From assembly GCA_001643675.2 (NCBI GenBank), contig LSRY02000043.1:558001-622000 (forward strand): a stretch of DNA of 64,000 bases. Reading direction: 5' to 3'. Shown here piece after piece: positions 63,213 to 64,000 of the stretch. The stretch is from Monocercomonoides exilis PA203 (lineage: Eukaryota > Protista > Preaxostyla). The translations under genes were made by a program, and so were the position numbers. A model generated the notes under the pieces. The model was not told where the DNA came from. It saw only the letters and a list, made by a program, of their open reading frames with translations, and did not search any database. How positions within the stretch are numbered: position 1 is the first letter of the stretch; every line of letters starts with the position of its first letter.

Positions 63213-64000
63213 ATGGCTTTTATTGATCATACAGAAGCTTTTAAAAGATTTAGAGTAACTCATGTGCGCCCTTCGCTTGCGAGAATGGGTGATTCTCCAT
63301 TTGTTGGAACTTCCATGATGACTCAAGTTGAAATGACAGAAGATGAATCTCAGAAACCTCAGTGGATGAAATTGACAGAACTCATAAAGATGATTGTTGT
63401 AGAGATACATAAAGGAAGTGTGAATTAATGTTAAACATATTTTAATTATAAATCTTTTGTAAAGTGGACGAATTGAATGGTCTTTACCGAAGTTCCACAA
63501 TTGTGCGAGATTTTGACAGTTCTGATGCATCAAGCAAAATTGAAGTTACGAGCGATCGAATCACGACTGTACGTTTTTTTGTTGCATTGAAACTTATTAT
63601 TTATCAACAATTTTTCCATTTTAACTTAGTTATTTTCGAAAGCCCAAAAAGCTGTGATGGCGCTTTTCCCGAAGCAGTATCATCAATATCTTGATAATCC
63701 AGATTTGCCTCTCCCGATTGGGGAAACGATTGCTAATTTACAAATCCGAAAGAATTTGCAAATGGAAATGAGCACAGAAATAACTGAGCTTTCTCAAGAA
63801 TTCCGATCAATGCAAAGAGTGCACATGCAGAGTTTGCTTTACTGCTTCACATATTTTAAAATTCATTCTTTTGTTTCATGTGCTGCATTTGTTTAGAGCT
63901 TCAAGGAAAAGACACTTCATCATCTTCTTCAGAGCCAACATCTTCATTTGATGAGCCGGAAATTGTGTATACTAGAGTTTGCTGGAAAATATCTAAGCAA
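63213..64000 (+). CDS. STX16: Syntaxin-16/Tlg2-like Qa-SNARE, 5' exons (runs off the window)
   Basis: N-peptide MAFIDHTEAFKRFR, PQWMKL, DELNGL...DFD...IEVTSDRIT and RKNLQMEMSTEITELSQEFRSMQR follow the Habc helices of syntaxin-16; short introns. Confidence 0.7.

Noticed and set aside
1-64000. tRNA or rRNA genes
   Set aside because: None recognised by eye; a covariance-model scan was not possible.

Overview
AT-rich, intron-containing eukaryotic (protist) DNA using the standard code. Gene style and recognisable expanded gene-family fragments point to an oxymonad, probably Monocercomonoides (inference). The right part (38-64 kb) is ordinary gene space: a ~2100-aa acidic/coiled-coil protein with C-terminal armadillo repeats, meiotic MSH5 carrying a ~250-aa insertion, a CCDC171-like coiled-coil protein, a very long Ser-rich low-complexity protein, and the 5' part of a syntaxin-16/Tlg2-like SNARE. 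The left part (1-38 kb) is a nested transposon graveyard. (i) Two 3.3-4 kb non-autonomous elements have GGCATAGGT ends, near-perfect long TIRs (283 and 460 bp) and exact 8-bp TSDs (Merlin/IS1595-like signature), and carry captured host-gene fragments. (ii) A 5 kb cargo-carrying element and about a dozen 240-270 bp MITEs have 4-bp, mostly ANNT, TSDs (Sola-like signature); a broken Sola-like DDD transposase is also present and is itself split by one of the 8-bp-TSD elements. (iii) A tyrosine-recombinase pseudogene. (iv) An IS630/Tc1 transposase pseudogene. (v) A free-standing, apparently intron-containing His-Cys-box (I-PpoI-like) endonuclease gene, followed on its 3' side by three dispersed palindromes of the form arm-6 bp-arm that resemble lox/dif sites or repeated RNA hairpins.
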